Positions 62,788 through 64,000 of a DNA stretch of 64,000 bases are shown one piece after another; position 1 is the stretch's first letter, and each line of letters begins with the position of its first letter. Location: NCBI RefSeq assembly GCF_009914755.1, contig NC_060926.1. One strand, written 5' to 3'. Under the pieces are notes generated by a model that made no database searches, had not been told where the DNA came from, and saw only the letters and a program-made list of their open reading frames with translations. This DNA comes from the human T2T-CHM13v2.0 reference genome, Homo sapiens. A program made the translations under genes and the position numbers.

Positions 62788-63254
62788 AAGGAATCCTTTT
62801 TTTCTTTTGGGGGTTCTCCAAATAACTGGCTCAGAAAGTTACTGTGGGTGGTCTACTTTTATATTAAGCTTCCTGCAAGCTTCCTTGGAGGAAGTCCCCG
62901 TTTATTTGTATATTTATTTTTAAGGGAGTTGTGCTTTTTCCAGGTCTTGATATAATGTATTTTACATCTCACATAAAAGACCCCTCTCTTGCATAGTCAC
63001 TCCCAGGCTTGGCTTAGGGAAATCTGGACTTTTTCTGTTAATTGCTTAATAAAAAGAATAGCTCCACTGGTAAGTGAATGAGAGCCACAAAAACTGAAGA
63101 CTGGGAGAGAGTCTTTAAGGGGATCTGAGGCAGCTCTGAGAGGAGCGGGTGGGGTGGACACTTGCAAGAACTGTGAGGCTTGATGTCCATGTAGAGGCTA
63201 AAGTAAGACTTAGGGTTTGGGGAGCTGAGATGGACAGTCTCCAGCGATCTGCAT

Positions 63255-63295
63255 ATGTGTGTGTGTGTGTGTGTGTGCGTGTGAGTGCATGTGTC
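63255..63295. repeat. (TG)n microsatellite
   Basis: Direct read. Confidence 0.9.
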
Positions 63296-63333
63296 TTTTG
63301 GGTGAGTGAGAGGTATGTGTCTAGAGTATTCAG

Positions 63334-64000
<667 letters not shown>

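Overview
This is primate (human-like) nuclear genomic DNA, intronic or intergenic. I found no protein-coding exon, intact ORF, rRNA or tRNA gene, or CRISPR array that I can support. About 60 Alu elements or fragments (AluJ/S/Y-type and FLAM/FRAM monomers) are interleaved with a 5'-truncated primate L1 (~43.8-47.2 kb), older L1M, L2, MIR and CR1/L3 fragments, MaLR/ERVL solo LTRs (MLT1, MST, LTR33) and DNA transposon fossils (MER1B, three MER20, MER5, MER58A, MER3, a Tc2/Kanga-type relic). There is one full-length 7SL RNA retropseudogene. The ORF track is explained by Alu, L1 and L2 frames or chance ORFs. Repeat-free islands at about 1.1-2.8, 3.9-4.8, 19.9-20.3, 28.9-29.5 and 39.8-42.9 kb look regulatory. 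I do not see a convincing new biological system. The most notable observations are: (i) a 94-bp Alu fragment apparently copied from a neighbouring Alu into an L1 (templated insertion); (ii) a 7SL retrocopy whose two ends are Alu-left-monomer-like; (iii) an AG|GTGAGT recursive-splice-like site; (iv) a posterior-HOX/CDX motif cluster; (v) very closely spaced inverted Alu pairs. Family and subfamily calls come from recalled consensus sequences, not from a search. Boundaries of old repeats are approximate (+/-10-50 bp).
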